Part shown: piece after piece, positions 28,295-41,992 of the stretch
Position numbering within the stretch: position 1 is the first letter of the stretch
Layout of the letters: each line of letters begins with the position of its first letter
Assembly: GCA_951406725.2 (NCBI GenBank)
Contig: OX597822.1
Coordinates: forward strand, 66,960,001-67,024,000
Source: Octopus vulgaris
Taxonomy: Eukaryota
DNA length: 64,000 nucleotides
Direction: 5' to 3'
Notes under the pieces: generated by a model
What the model was told of the DNA's origin: nothing
The model's input: the letters and a program-made list of their open reading frames with translations, nothing else
Databases searched by the model: none
Position numbers and translations under genes: made by a program

Positions 28295-28619
28295 CGTAAT
28301 TGTAGATAGAATCGGCAGAAAGAGGTACAAAAGTAATTCAATCGCCGAGAGTTTCCTCCATGTCTTTTGATAACGTGGCACTGGATGTGCCATACTTACA
28401 CAAACACATACACACGCATATACACACACGCGCGCACACGCAAACAGACATATTTATATGTCATCAGCAGAAAATTTACAAAATGACTCTAGGGCCGAGT
28501 TTCCTACATGTCACTTATCACATTTGCTAACATGGTGACATGCATAATGCATACATATCATGCAGCCGTGTATGCTATTGTGTGTACTACTCATTTATAT
28601 ATCAATACACACACTCTCA

Positions 28620-29729
<1,110 letters not shown>

Positions 29730-30142
29730 TACTGTTTCCTATCAATGCATTAAATGAAACCAAGATGATTGTAAAGACTGTTATTCCATTAGTGAAAATG
29801 TCAGCGTGACCCGCTGTGTCGCAATGACCTAAATAGCATGGATTCCTGATCCAATTCATTCCTGTACACTGAATAAGTTCGGTTCTGATTTGAATCCACA
29901 ACTTAACATTTCCTTTTAAATTAAGCTGGCAAAAGAATGCAGTTACCCTAACAGGTTCAATGAACAGATGATGCAGCTTTAGAAGCAGCGGCACTGACAA
30001 GTATGTGATGTGGTGTTATTTAGGGAGCAGCGAAAAATTCTAACGGATCTGATAGCGTAGATGTAAATTAAACAGTTAAACGTAAATTTCTGCTCTACAT
30101 TTTTTGTTAATGTATCTTAAGGAGTGTCGGCGGTCGTTAATA

Positions 30143-30194
<52 letters not shown>

Positions 30195-30318
30195 GGTTGT
30201 GGTGGTTACTGGAGTTCTTCTTTATATTGTTACTGCTGTGTAGGTAGTGTTTTTTACGGTACTCTGGTAGTAGTTGTAATACTCGCGATACTAGTGGCTG
30301 CACCAATATTATTATTAC

Positions 30319-30414
<96 letters not shown>

Positions 30415-30534
30415 TATTATCATCATCATCATGATTATTATTTGCAGTAGTAGTAGTAGTAATAGTAGTAACATCTGTAGTAGTAGCTATAGTAGTAGTA
30501 ATAGTAGTAACATATGTAGTAGTAGCAGCTATAA

Positions 30535-30596
<62 letters not shown>

Positions 30597-30597
30597 A
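30143..30597. repeat. Compound trinucleotide microsatellites (TAG, TGG, TAT, CAT, TAG)
   Basis: Read directly from the sequence. Confidence 0.95.
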
Positions 30598-30916
30598 ATG
30601 CTACAAAGTGATACAGGAAGTTGTTTGAAAGAAAATGGAATTGTCTGGAAATCTTAACAAATTGTAATGTCGAAGGATTTCTGAAATCGATAAATGCTAG
30701 CATAGCAATCTGTCGTTTTTGAGAACGTGATGGAATTTCATGTTGCTTCTCATTGGTTCACTTGATATAAAAATCGATAGTCGTGTATCAAATGACAGAA
30801 AATTACGTTATTATCCCTTAGATCAAGAAACAGATACCTGGCCTAAAATTTTTAGTTACCAATAACATTGTTGACATCATGAATATTCCCCCTCCCCCCG
30901 CCACTTTTGTCACAAA

Positions 30917-31700
30917 GGCGGCGAGCTGGCGGAAATGTTAGCCGCCGGGTGAAATGCTTACCGGTATTTCGTCTGCCGTTACGTTCTGAGTTCAAATTCT
31001 GCCGAGGTCGATTTCGCCTTTCATTCTTTCGGGGCCGATAAAATAAGTAGCTGTTACGCACTGGGATCGATATAATCGACTTAATCCGCTTATCTCATTG
31101 TTTGTCCTCTATGTGTTTAGTCCCTTGTGGGTAGTAAAGATATAGGTATTTCGTCTGCCGTTACCTTTCTGAGTTCAAATTCCGCACGAGGTCGACTTTG
31201 CCTTTTACCCTTTCGGGGTCGATAGATTAAGTAACAGTTACGCACTGGGGTCGATAAATCGACTTAATCCCTTTGTCTGTCCTGGTTTGTCCTCTCTGTA
31301 TTTAGCTCCTTGTGGGTAGTAAAGAAATAGGTATTTCGTCTAGCGTTACGTTCTGAGTTCAGATTCCGCCGAGGTCGACTTTGCCTTTCATCCTTTCGAG
31401 GTCGATTAGATAATTACCAGTTACGCACTGTGGTCGATGTAATCGACTTAATCTGTTTATCTGTCCTTGTTTGACCCCCTATGTTTAGCCCCTTGGGGGA
31501 AATAAAGAAATAAGAAACTTTAGCACACCGAGCGAAATGCTTGGCGGTATTTCGTCTGTCTTTACGTTCAAATCCGCCGAGGTCGACGTTGTCTTTCATA
31601 TTTTCGGGGTCGATAAATTAAGTAGCAGTAGCATATTTGGATCAGTCTAATCGACTGGCCGCGTACCCCAAAGTTTCGGGCCCTCTGCATACAGTAGAAA
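30917..31700 (+). mobile_element. SINE family B tandem multimer (4 units, about 180-220 bp period)
   Basis: GGCGGCGAGCTGGC head; units restart at GGTATTTCGTCT near 30963, 31145, 31330 and 31546. Confidence 0.92.
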
Positions 31701-31779
31701 CGGGCTAATGGCGTAGTGGTTAAGAGCGCGGTCTACTAACCCCAAGATTTCGAGTTCGATTCTAAGCAGTGGCTTGAAC

Positions 31780-31823
<44 letters not shown>

Positions 31824-31981
31824 TAATAACAATAATAATAATAATAACAATAATAATAATAGTAATAATAATAATAGTAATAATAATAGTAATAATAATA
31901 GTAATAATAATAGCATTAATAATAATAGCATTAATAATAATAGTAATAATAATAATAATAATAGTAATAATAATAATAATA

Positions 31982-32021
<40 letters not shown>

Positions 32022-32022
<1 letters not shown>

Positions 32023-32720
32023 CCCAGCAATGGTTGAGAAGCTCAGGACTCAAAGCAGAGACAGAGGGATTTTTAATTGCAGCACAAGACCAAAGCCTCC
32101 CCACCAGAAATTACCAAAAACATGTAATGAAAAGAAATATTACAAGTAACTGCAGAATATGTGGAGATGGACAAGAAACAATAAATCATATTATCTCTAG
32201 CTGCCCAGTCCTGGCTAAGAAAGAATATATTCACGGACATGACAGAGTTGGAACTTACATACATTGGAAGCTATGCCAACATTATGGAATAACAACAGAA
32301 AAAAGATGGTATAGGCACACACCAGAAAAGGTTACAGAAAACGAGAAAGCAACCATACTCTGGGATATGCCGATACACACAGATAGAGAAATTAAGGCCA
32401 ACAGACCAGATATAGTTGTCAGAGACCATGAAGAAAAAAAATGCTTTCTAATTGATGTATCAGTACCGGCAGATGACAACGTGTCTCTAAAAGAAATGGA
32501 GAAACTCTCAAAATACAAAGACCTGGAAATAGAGGTAACTAGAATGTGGAATCTGAAAACAGAAACAATTCCTATCATAGTAGGTGCATTAGGCATGATA
32601 AAAAAATATTCAGACAAATACATAACAAAAACACCAGGACTTACAAACACATATAACATACAGAAAATTGCACTACTAGGCACTGCACACATCCTACGCA
32701 GAACACTTTCCATACAATAA
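32022..32720 (+). pseudogene. R4/Dong CCHC zinc knuckle plus restriction-like (PD-(D/E)xK) endonuclease fragment
   Basis: AAQDQSLPTRNY, CRICGDGQETINHIISSC, HDRV, ILWD, NRPDIVV, LIDVSVP, EKLSKYKDL, PIIVGALG. Confidence 0.95.
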
Positions 32721-32824
32721 CCATCAGAGCATCACAACAAATCACAGCACATACCCAAGGCACACAGAGCTGCGCTCGGTAGTGAAGTGAAAGCACGCTA
32801 TAAAAATAAAAATAAAACTACTGA
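32022..32824 (+). mobile_element. 5'-truncated R4/Dong-clade non-LTR retrotransposon inserted in (TAA)n
   Basis: Uninterrupted C-terminal ORF, about 100 bp of 3' UTR, and (AAT)n on both flanks, matching the known Dong target. Confidence 0.92.
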
Positions 32825-34292
32825 ATAATAATAATAATAATTGTAATAATAATAATAATAATGATAATAATAATAACATCGAAAAATAACTTAGGAATGA
32901 GAACCCAGGTTCGAAATTTCCCCAAGGCACCTGATGAAAACTGGATGGTATATCAGCCGAAATGTGTTAACGGCAAGCAAAATGAGGACAAATATCCGTC
33001 AATTGTAAATAATATATACATGTCTTTTCTGCTCTAGGCACAAGGCCCGAATTTTGGGGGGATGAAGCCAATCGATTAGATCGACCCTAATACACAATGC
33101 GCCGTCTAGTTGTTCATTGTGTCACCCCGGCTGCTGTCATGCCCTATTTTGATGTAAATTCTCGAAGAAGTATCGATACCGGTAATGTCCTCGAGTTCTG
33201 AGGTTTAGAAAATTTTCCATTACAAACAACGTTTGCCGATATTTAACAAACCTGAACTTGCTGAATATTTCGCAGACAAGCAGCAAATTCTGTTCGCAGT
33301 CTCCTTTCACGAAAATAGTTGATTTACAATAAACTTTGTCCCTGTGGTTTCCTGAAGGAATTTAACCTTGATCTCTATGAATTCAGATTTAATTATTATC
33401 TTGTCTAATGTATTCATTCTACTGCAACATATTATTTTCTCCTTTTTTTTTTTACCAGAGTATTATATTTGATTTTATTTTATTAGTACTTTATGTCGAT
33501 ACATTTACAGTAATTTATGTCCATCTGTTCTTTTATGTTTTCGTTTATTATGATCGTATTGAATTTAAATGCTTTATCAAATAATTTTATTGCCATTTTA
33601 TTCCTAGTGTGTCTATCATTCTATCTATCTATCATTTTCTCTCACCCTCTCTCTCTGTCGCTGTTTATACGTACATACATACACAAATGTGTATGTGTTT
33701 TTTTTTTGTGTGTGTGTGTGTGTAAATGAAAAAAAATGAGCTAAGTGAAATATGTCAGAATAGCTATTGTAGTGTTTTTGAAGAACAAAAGCAAATACGA
33801 AATCTACATATAAATACACAGAAATCTAAATATGAATATACAGAAAGTATATTTTTGATGTATGAGAAACTAGTTGGCACGCAGTTTGGTAGCAAGTCAA
33901 GGATCAAAATTGACAACCAATCAAGAAACTAGTTTGATTATTCGGAAGCTAGATGACAAGCTAGAAACCAGTGTTTCTACGTCAATAAGCGTCATAAGCA
34001 CAGCACTTTCACTAACATTTATCCAGAAGTCGGACTCAGAATTCTATTGTGTAGAGCATAGTGTTATACGCTGTTAATGGTTTTCACTTACCTATATATA
34101 GCATCGATTTTACAGATAACAACTCCTTCAACAACGCTAAGAAGAGACAGGTGGTTATTTCATGCATGGCAAAATGTATTTCAGCAAGATGATCGTCGGC
34201 AATTGTCATGGAAAATCGTCCAGATATACTATTATGACAAATTACTGATCGTCTTAAACTATAATACATGCATATGTATATGTATATATATA

Positions 34293-34352
34293 TAGGCGTA
34301 GGAGTGGATGTGTGGTAAGTAGCTTGCTTACCAACCACATGGTTCCGGGTTG
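34293..34352 (+). mobile_element. SINE family A head only
   Basis: AGGCGTAGGAGTGGATGTGTGGTAAG...GGTTCCGGGTT, truncated inside the B box. Confidence 0.85.
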
Positions 34353-34353
34353 A

Positions 34354-34456
34354 CCACTAAAGTGGACACCTAATATGCTAAACATTGACGTGAAATCGCC
34401 ATAACCACGAAGAATTTCACGTCTATGTTTAGCATATTAGGTGCCCACTTTAGTGG
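34354..34456. repeat. Near-perfect hairpin, 43-bp arms and 17-nt loop
   Basis: CCACTAAAGTGGACACCTAATATGCTAAACATTGACGTGAAAT pairs with ATTTCACGTCTATGTTTAGCATATTAGGTGCCCACTTTAGTGG, 2 mismatches. Confidence 0.95.
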
Positions 34457-34727
34457 ACATTCCTCTTCATTTTGTATGTATATATATAACCTAGTATCGA
34501 CGACGACCTCGAACCCACAAGAGTAAACAAGAGAACAGAGATAGGCAGAAACAAGAAAAATGCCCCTTGTATTTGTATACTATGTAAATATTCTTTTAAA
34601 AAACTTTTCATTAAATGTTTGCAAAACTTAATTATTTTCCATACTTACAGTTGAAAAACTGTCAACTACCGAGACCAGTACTGAAATGTTTTTTATAAAA
34701 TTATTTTAGCATTTTCTACCTTGACTT

Positions 34728-34780
<53 letters not shown>

Positions 34781-34800
34781 TACACACACACACATACACG

Positions 34801-34858
<58 letters not shown>

Positions 34859-34869
34859 TATAAATATGT

Positions 34870-34996
34870 AGAAAAATACAAAGTGGGACAAGAACGTAAA
34901 ACATTTAGAAGACGATACAAAAAACACGGACGGGACATTCGAAGCCTTCAATCTTCAGTCAAGAACCGGATCATCCTAGCAATTTCGGCTGATTAG
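34870..34996 (-). repeat. Short repeat family H3
   Basis: Similar to 8777-8950; adjacent to (TA)n. Confidence 0.55.
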
Positions 34997-35364
34997 GGGG
35001 TCCTTACATCATTTTTGAAGAGACAGACAGTCTCAATTAATCGATATATAGTTTGTATTATATTTATATACACATTTGTCTCTATTTACTGCTCAAGTTG
35101 ATTCACTTGTCACTTGGAATTATCACCTCATTTTCATTAAAATGATGTCTATTACTTAGGCCATATATCGCGCAGGCCTTTTTTGGCATATGACAAAATA
35201 TATCTCATCTACTGGACACCACGTAGACCAATCTCTGAGGTGATGGTGACTATTGGTGCAAGACCTAGTGTCAAAACGTACTCTTTATTCTAAAGAAATT
35301 CCGATTAGATTTTCCTAGATGTTATATCAGTTTTATACCTCATCACATTAGTCGTTTGGCTGTA

Positions 35365-35433
<69 letters not shown>

Positions 35434-36739
35434 TATCCAGAGGTAATGCAGTACGATCGCTTCATGCAACTCCATTTAATTGAACAATGCAATACGCAAA
35501 CATTTCATTACATGGATTTAAAATGTAGAGCAATTCCCAGCCGCACAAAGACATATAATTTAATTAAATCAGATCAGAAGGACACATTAGTATAATTTTA
35601 CCTAAAATCTCCAACATCATAGTTGTAAATATCTATTTATCTATGTACATGTCTATAAGTTTGAATGTGTGTGTATATCTGTCTGTCTATCTGTCTCTGT
35701 GTGTGTTTGTGTGTGTGTAAGTGTGTGTGCGCGAGTATGTCTGTATCTATATCATATATTAATGTATACAGCCTATATGGATATCGGCCAGGTTTGTAAG
35801 TCAGGGAAACCGTGGGGTTTAGGTAAAATTACTTCGACTCTTTTCTCCGCACAAGTTGCATATTCTCCACATTCTCCCTTTACCTCTTCAAATTTCACGA
35901 TTCAATGGATTACTTTGCTGCAAATATGTAACTAACGGCTCTACTTCGCAAAACATATATATATACATATGCGTCTGCGAGTGTATGCGTCTACATCTGT
36001 GTGTGTTTGCGTGCGTGCATGCATATATATATATGTATATAATTATATATATACATATATATGTGTGTTTGTGTGTATGTATATATAAATATAAATGCAT
36101 ATATACATACGTTCATACATTACATACGTATATGTATATGTTTATATTCATTGATAGATTTTAATATATCTGTCAAATTGTAATTAAGCAAATTTATGTA
36201 AGAATGCTGACATCACTGGAAACCTTAAGGCATGCGTGACTATATGTAAATAGTTATTTTTCCGCACATATTATCTTTTTTTTTTGAGAAAAAAAAATAC
36301 ACCCAATAAGCATTCAATTTCATCTATTTCTCTTATCTTACTGTATCTCATTTTGTCATAAAATTGATTGGGGAAGAAATTGAAATATACAGGCCTTGTT
36401 GAAGACGGGTCATATGCATCTTGCGAAACGTTTAAACGCAAAGGCAAAATAAAATCTGTTATACTGTGGTGAACGATGGCGAAAAATATATAGGAATAGA
36501 GTTCTTTATCAAGCGTAAGAAAGGGTGAAACAAAACTACGGAACAAAACAAAAGTGAAAGAGAATGAGATTCAATTTAAGATGCAGAGAGGAAGCTCAGA
36601 AATTAGAAATTTTAAATGACAATCGATGGTTAGATATAGTTGTTATTAATAAATAACGTTGGCATCCCTTTGTCTCATGAAACAATGGAGTTGTACATAA
36701 ACTAATCCAGTCTGTTTTTTACATTTCATATCCTCTCCA

Positions 36740-37065
36740 GTTTCCTCTCCAGATTTTGTGCAGGCCTGGGATAGATGTAAGAAAATCCTGGCTAGCCCAG
36801 TCGTCAGGATTCCTCTCTCGACTTTGCTGTCGTAGTGCAAAGGAGTGCAGAGCATTACGTTTGGCACTAGCTTGGTTGCAGGAACTGCCGGAAGAGTGTC
36901 GAGACGAACACTAAACCGCCTACGGGGCTCCACTCCGGATTTCTTTGAAGGTTGTCTCCTTTCCGTAAACTTGGGTAGGGGCCCATACCGGGTACTGTCA
37001 GCCAGAGCCAGCTGAGCCTAGGACTCGTGTCAGGCAGGATCGTCACTCCCAGAAGTAGTGAAGAA
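36740..37065 (-). mobile_element. GC-richer repeat resembling an RTE-clade LINE 5' UTR
   Basis: Local GC increase. Motifs GGAGTGGAGCCCC..GGCGGTT, CTTCCGGCAG and GAGAGGAATCCTGACGACTGGGC recall RTE 5' UTRs. No ORF follows. Confidence 0.35.
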
Positions 37066-37192
37066 ATACCTCTCACATAATACCTTTTATAAATACTTCT
37101 CACCTTTCAAAGTTTGACAAAAGACAAACGAAACATTTATGAAAAATTAATTTTACTGTTGTTTAAAATGTGGTAGATATTTCTGCCGCCGC

Positions 37193-37355
<163 letters not shown>

Positions 37356-37409
37356 TTGAACAGTTATTACCTCATAGAAACTGGCAGCTATTCAAGATAA
37401 TTATTTAAG

Positions 37410-38561
37410 CCTAAGTAGATAATAATATCCAGACAGCAAAGAACACACCATTAGATAAATAATATGTATATATAAACAAGCACAGCTGCAGTCCCTGCTC
37501 AACCTCGCCAATGCCCTGTTCATGGAACAAGTTATGCTCAGACCAACTAAGATTTTGGATCTCTGCTTCACAAACAATATGGACATCGTTCATGATGTGA
37601 AAGTGGCGCCGACGTTAGTTTCGGGTCACAACATAATAGAGCTGTCTATCTATGGACTAAAACTAGCCTAAAGGAAGCACCCACAATCTCTCCAGCATGA
37701 ACTTCAACAAAGCAAACTGGAAATCTATCCAAAAAGAGATCCTCAGACAGGATAAGCGGAAATGTCCCTCCACACCAGACATTGGCATGAAACAAGAATA
37801 TTTCATGTTTGTTATGCAAACCACATGCCAGAAATATGTCCCAGATCACAAGGCCAACAGAAAAAGTAACAGGATTCCAAGAAAGAGGAAGATCCTCATG
37901 AGACGACGCACGAAGATTTCAAACCGCTTCAACCAACATTCCAAAAGTAGTGAAAGGTCCCGCCTAAAAACAACACTGATGGAGATTGAAAAAAGCCTGC
38001 AACAATCATATATGAAGGACAGAGCAGACAAAGAAGCCTGAGTTATAAAAAACATTAAGCCAAACCCAAAGCCTTCATTCATTATGCCAAAAAACAGCCT
38101 CAGTACGCCGAAAAATAGAACCCTTCTTCCAAAAGGATGACTTCTTCACAAATAGTCCAACCAGGATCAATGCGGTACTGAATGACCTGTTCAAAAGTGC
38201 CTTTACCACCCCGCTGGCACGCAGTTAAGTCAAGGAATCAGAGGAATTCTTTGCCGCCTTACCTATAACTAGCTAGGCAGTTACGATAGATTGCATCGAA
38301 ATTAGTGAAGAAGATATACCACTAGCCATAGATGTGGTTGACGCAAACTCAACTGATAGTCCTCATGGTTTTCCAGCAATCCTCCTCAAATTGTGCAAGC
38401 GTGCCCTGGCGAAACCCCTACAAATTCTCTTCCAGAGCTTTCCTGCAAATGGCTGGCTGTCATGCAAACTAAGGAGGGTATAATATGCCCAATCCATAAA
38501 GGAGGAAGCAGAGCAGATGCCAAAACCTACAGACCTGTCTCTCCGACTTCACACATCAGCA

Positions 38562-38566
<5 letters not shown>
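37410..38566 (+). pseudogene. CR1-type LINE ORF2 remnant (AP-endonuclease end to RT start)
   Basis: ILDLCFTN...SGHNIIE, NFNKANWKSI, IKNIKPNPK, GFPAILLK, ICPIHKGGSRADAKTYRPVSPTSHISKV. Truncated by (AG)n. Confidence 0.9.
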
Positions 38567-38603
<37 letters not shown>

Positions 38604-38910
38604 ATACCTACATGCCTACATCTATACACTTATATAAAATTTATTTCGGCAAATAGATATTGATGTCTACACCAAGACGTGTATATGCATGTGTATGTAT
38701 GTTTACATTTATTTACATGAGTTTTCATATATTTCTATTTAGATGTAGAGACAGAGACAGAGAGAGAGAGAGAGAGAGATTAGGTGCGACAGAAGTACAC
38801 GTAAGTAATGCATATTATTTCATGCATAAAGAGATTACATGTGCCTAACAACAACAAAAAACAAAATAATATCTATATAAATATATTATTATTACTATTA
38901 TTATTATTAT

Positions 38911-38978
<68 letters not shown>

Positions 38979-39419
38979 ATATTATTTAATAAAAACACCA
39001 ATATTTTCCCTACCAGATCTTATAAGAATACTAGTACTAATATTAAAACTCCACGGCGCAAAATGGTTTTGTTAAACATGCTCGATGGCTCGGAAGAAAA
39101 CAGTGATGAGGCTAAAGGTAAGTGAAATGGAAAAAATCAAAGCAAAGGGTATCGATGTTTCGAAGAAATAGTGCGACATCTATTGAGAAATGAAATACAC
39201 TTTCCCTGTGATATTTAGGTAAGTCTGATATGAGAAGTGGAAGTGGATGTGCTACAAGTAAAACATGAAAGATTATAGTAATTTTATTACTGGCTAAGGT
39301 TCATCGTATACATCATACTGTTGGACATAATAAATATAAACAAGATGCAAATTAATGCATCGTACTAATGCTGCTCTGCTTTTCGTGTTAACAGTAGAGA
39401 GTATTAATGATCATTCTTA

Positions 39420-40110
39420 CTAAAGGCACAAGGCGTGAAATTTTGAGAGAATGGGATTGTTGATTGCATCCACCCAAGTGATCATCTAGTAATTATTTCA
39501 ACGATCCCAAGATGAAGAAATTCAAAGATCTCGGTGGGATTTGAACACAGAACGTTAAAGACGGACGAAATGCAGTTAAACATTTCTTCCTGTGTTGATT
39601 TCAAATTTTGGCGCAAGGCCAGCAATTTTAGGGCAGGGGTATGTCGATTACATCAACCCCAGTGCTCGACAGGTACATATTTTATCGAACCCGGAAGAAT
39701 AAAAGACAAATTCGACTTCGGCTGGATGTGAACTTAGAACATGAAGACAAAGGAAATCTCAATAAGCGTTTTGTACGATGTGCTAACGATTCTGCCAGCT
39801 CAACGCCTTACAAATTGCTTCAAATTTTGGCACCGGGCCAGCAATTTCGGGGGAGAGAAGAAGTCAATAACATTCGACCCCAGTACTCAACCGGTACTTA
39901 TTTTGTCGACCCTGAGAGGATGAAAGTAAAGTCAATTTCCGCAGAATTTGAGCTCGGAACGTAAAAACGGACGAAATGCCGCTGAGCATTTTGCCCGCAT
40001 TGCTAATAATTCTGCCAGCTCAGCGCCTTCACCACGTTAGATATGATTAATAGTTTTCGCTTTCAATATTGGTAAAGTCAGCAATTTTTAGGGAATGAGG
40101 TTAATCGTTG
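39420..40110 (-). mobile_element. Diverged SINE family B multimer (about 3-4 units)
   Basis: Repeated ..CCCCAGTRCTC.AC.GGTAC.TATTTT.TCGA..GGATGAAAG.. and GCTAACGATTCTGCCAGCTC. Confidence 0.8.
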
Positions 40111-40221
40111 CTATCAATATAAAGTACTTGAGTCGTACTTTATATTATCCATTCCGAGACAGTGAAATGCGATGTTTACCACAGCTAGATTTGAAATAAG
40201 ATCGTAAAACGCCAGAAAGAA

Positions 40222-40645
40222 GCGCAGGAGTGGCTGTGTTTTAAGTAGCTTACTTACCAACCACATGGTTCTGGGTTCAGTCCCACTGCTTGGCACCTTG
40301 GGTAAATGTTTACTACTATAGCCTCGGGCCTACCAAAGAGTGGATTTGGTAGACGGAAACTGAAAGAAGCCCGTCGTATATATGTATATATATAATTATA
40401 TATATATGTAGGTGTGTGTATATGTTTGTGTGTCTGTGTTTGTCCCCCAACATCGCTTGACAACCGATGCTGGTGTGTTTACACCCCCGTAACTTAGCGG
40501 TTCGGCAAAAGAGATCAATAGAATAAGTACTAGGCTTACAAAGAATAAGTCCTGGGGGTCGATGTGCTCGACTAAAGGCGGTTCTCCAGTATGGCTGCAG
40601 TCAAATGACTGAAACAAGTAAAAGAGTAAAAAAATAAAGAGTAAA
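40222..40645 (+). mobile_element. SINE family A, full length
   Basis: Head GCGCAGGAGTGGCTGTG, tail AAAAGAGTAAAA. Confidence 0.92.
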
Positions 40646-40659
40646 GAAAAAAAACATGA

Positions 40660-41992
40660 TGTAAAAAATTGATGATACTTGGTAGAAATACTCGGGCAGA
40701 TTAGTGGTGAATGAAGTGCTGGGAGATAAAATAAAGAAATGCATTTCGTAAGAGCATCTTCGAAGAATTTAGATTGGTGCTGTCATCAAATCTCAATGGA
40801 AAGTTTCAAGCAAACAATACATGGAAGATTGCTTTATTGAAGTAAGATACAAATACCACCACTGGAGGAAAGTGGAGATTCTTAGGCTAGATCGTAAATC
40901 AAAACAACGATTCATAATGCACAGAACATTCCACCTCAATAGCGATATTGTTATGCTGTATCTAACCAGGCACAAAGATGGGTGATGGTTAATCAGCTCT
41001 GAAAGTTGTATAGGATCAGAATGAAATAGCTTGGAAAGCGATGGTATAGAATCATTGCTATTTCAGATAAGAATATCTAGTATAATCAGGATAAACACTC
41101 GCGTGGAGCCAGAAGGACCTCCCTCCCCCCAAAAAAAAGAGGATGGACGACGAAAAAAGGGAAAGGAAAATTTGTACGGGTAGTTTGCAAGGGAGACGAG
41201 CGGGAGTACAGATCTTGATGGAAGTGGCATTGGCTAAAGAACAGTAACTTGAAGTCAGAGATAGAAGCACTTAGCCGTGCTGCTTGCCAACAAGCACTTT
41301 GGACAAAGTACCCTAAATACAGGATTGACAATACAACAGAAAATGACAAGCACGGTATGTGCAGTGATAAAGGTGAAGACGTATACAGTATTGTAAATGA
41401 TTGCACGAAGTTAAGCTGAAAAGCATATGAACGAAGAGACGATGATGTTGTAAGAATGATTGTTGGGGAGATGTGTGACATGTGCACAAAGAGTTTGTAC
41501 GGGAAAATCCCATGAGGGAAAATTGAGAATATCTGAAACATACGGTGAGATATAATGATCCATGAAACTGTACATCGAAGTCGAATATAGTGGCTGTGAA
41601 TAAGGAGTAAAACCTGTTTAAGCACAGATATTGTATACTCTGGAGCTGAGATAATATCGGGGAAAGAAAAGAATCAGGTCAGTTACGATGGTTTGAAGTA
41701 GGAATGAAAATGACTTAGAGAAGGTGGTCCTGGTCATTCAGAATGGTGAGTGTTATATTTGTTGTTCTTGTTGCCGGAGCTTTGGGTAGTGTTGACATCA
41801 GTCCCACAAACTCATTAAAAAATATATGAGCAAAAGTGAAAACGAGCAACTACAGAAAAAGGAACTGCATGGATCAGTTTTCGAAGTCTGAATGAATTGT
41901 GTTGCATTAGTCCACTTGCTGTTGACAGCTGACATTTCATTGCACTCCCTAGCAAAGTTGCTGTGTTAAACGATATAATAATACTAATAATA
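40660..41992 (+). pseudogene. Old degenerate R4/Dong retrotransposon 3' part
   Basis: Manual translation LDRKSKQRFIMHRTFHLNSDIVMLYLTRHKDG*WLISSESC matches the consensus LDRKTRK..HP.SD..RLY..R..GGRGL. Also LKSEIEALSRAACQQALWTKY and VVLVAGALGSV. Ends in ATAATAATACTAATAATA. Confidence 0.8.

Larger units (their letters stand above)
31702..33015 (+). mobile_element. tRNA-headed element with (AAT)n spacer and HHR-containing tail, interrupted by an R4/Dong insertion
   Basis: A box TGGCGTAGTGG (31709-31719), B box GAGTTCGATTC (31752-31762), then (AAT)n. After the Dong insert the tail 32875-33015 carries cac-CTGATGA...CTGG..TCAG..GAAA-T-gtg. That head and tail form one element is inferred. Confidence 0.55.

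Noticed and set aside
30917-31700. CRISPR-like periodicity
   Set aside because: The roughly 180-bp units are wholly homologous SINE units with no unique spacers, in a eukaryotic context.
31702-31776. Functional tRNA gene
   Set aside because: A and B boxes are present but there is no clean acceptor stem. Treated as a SINE head, as were 44360-44433 and 54205-54266.
31647-32037. Poly-Leu and poly-Asn ORFs
   Set aside because: They are translations of the (AAT)n microsatellite.
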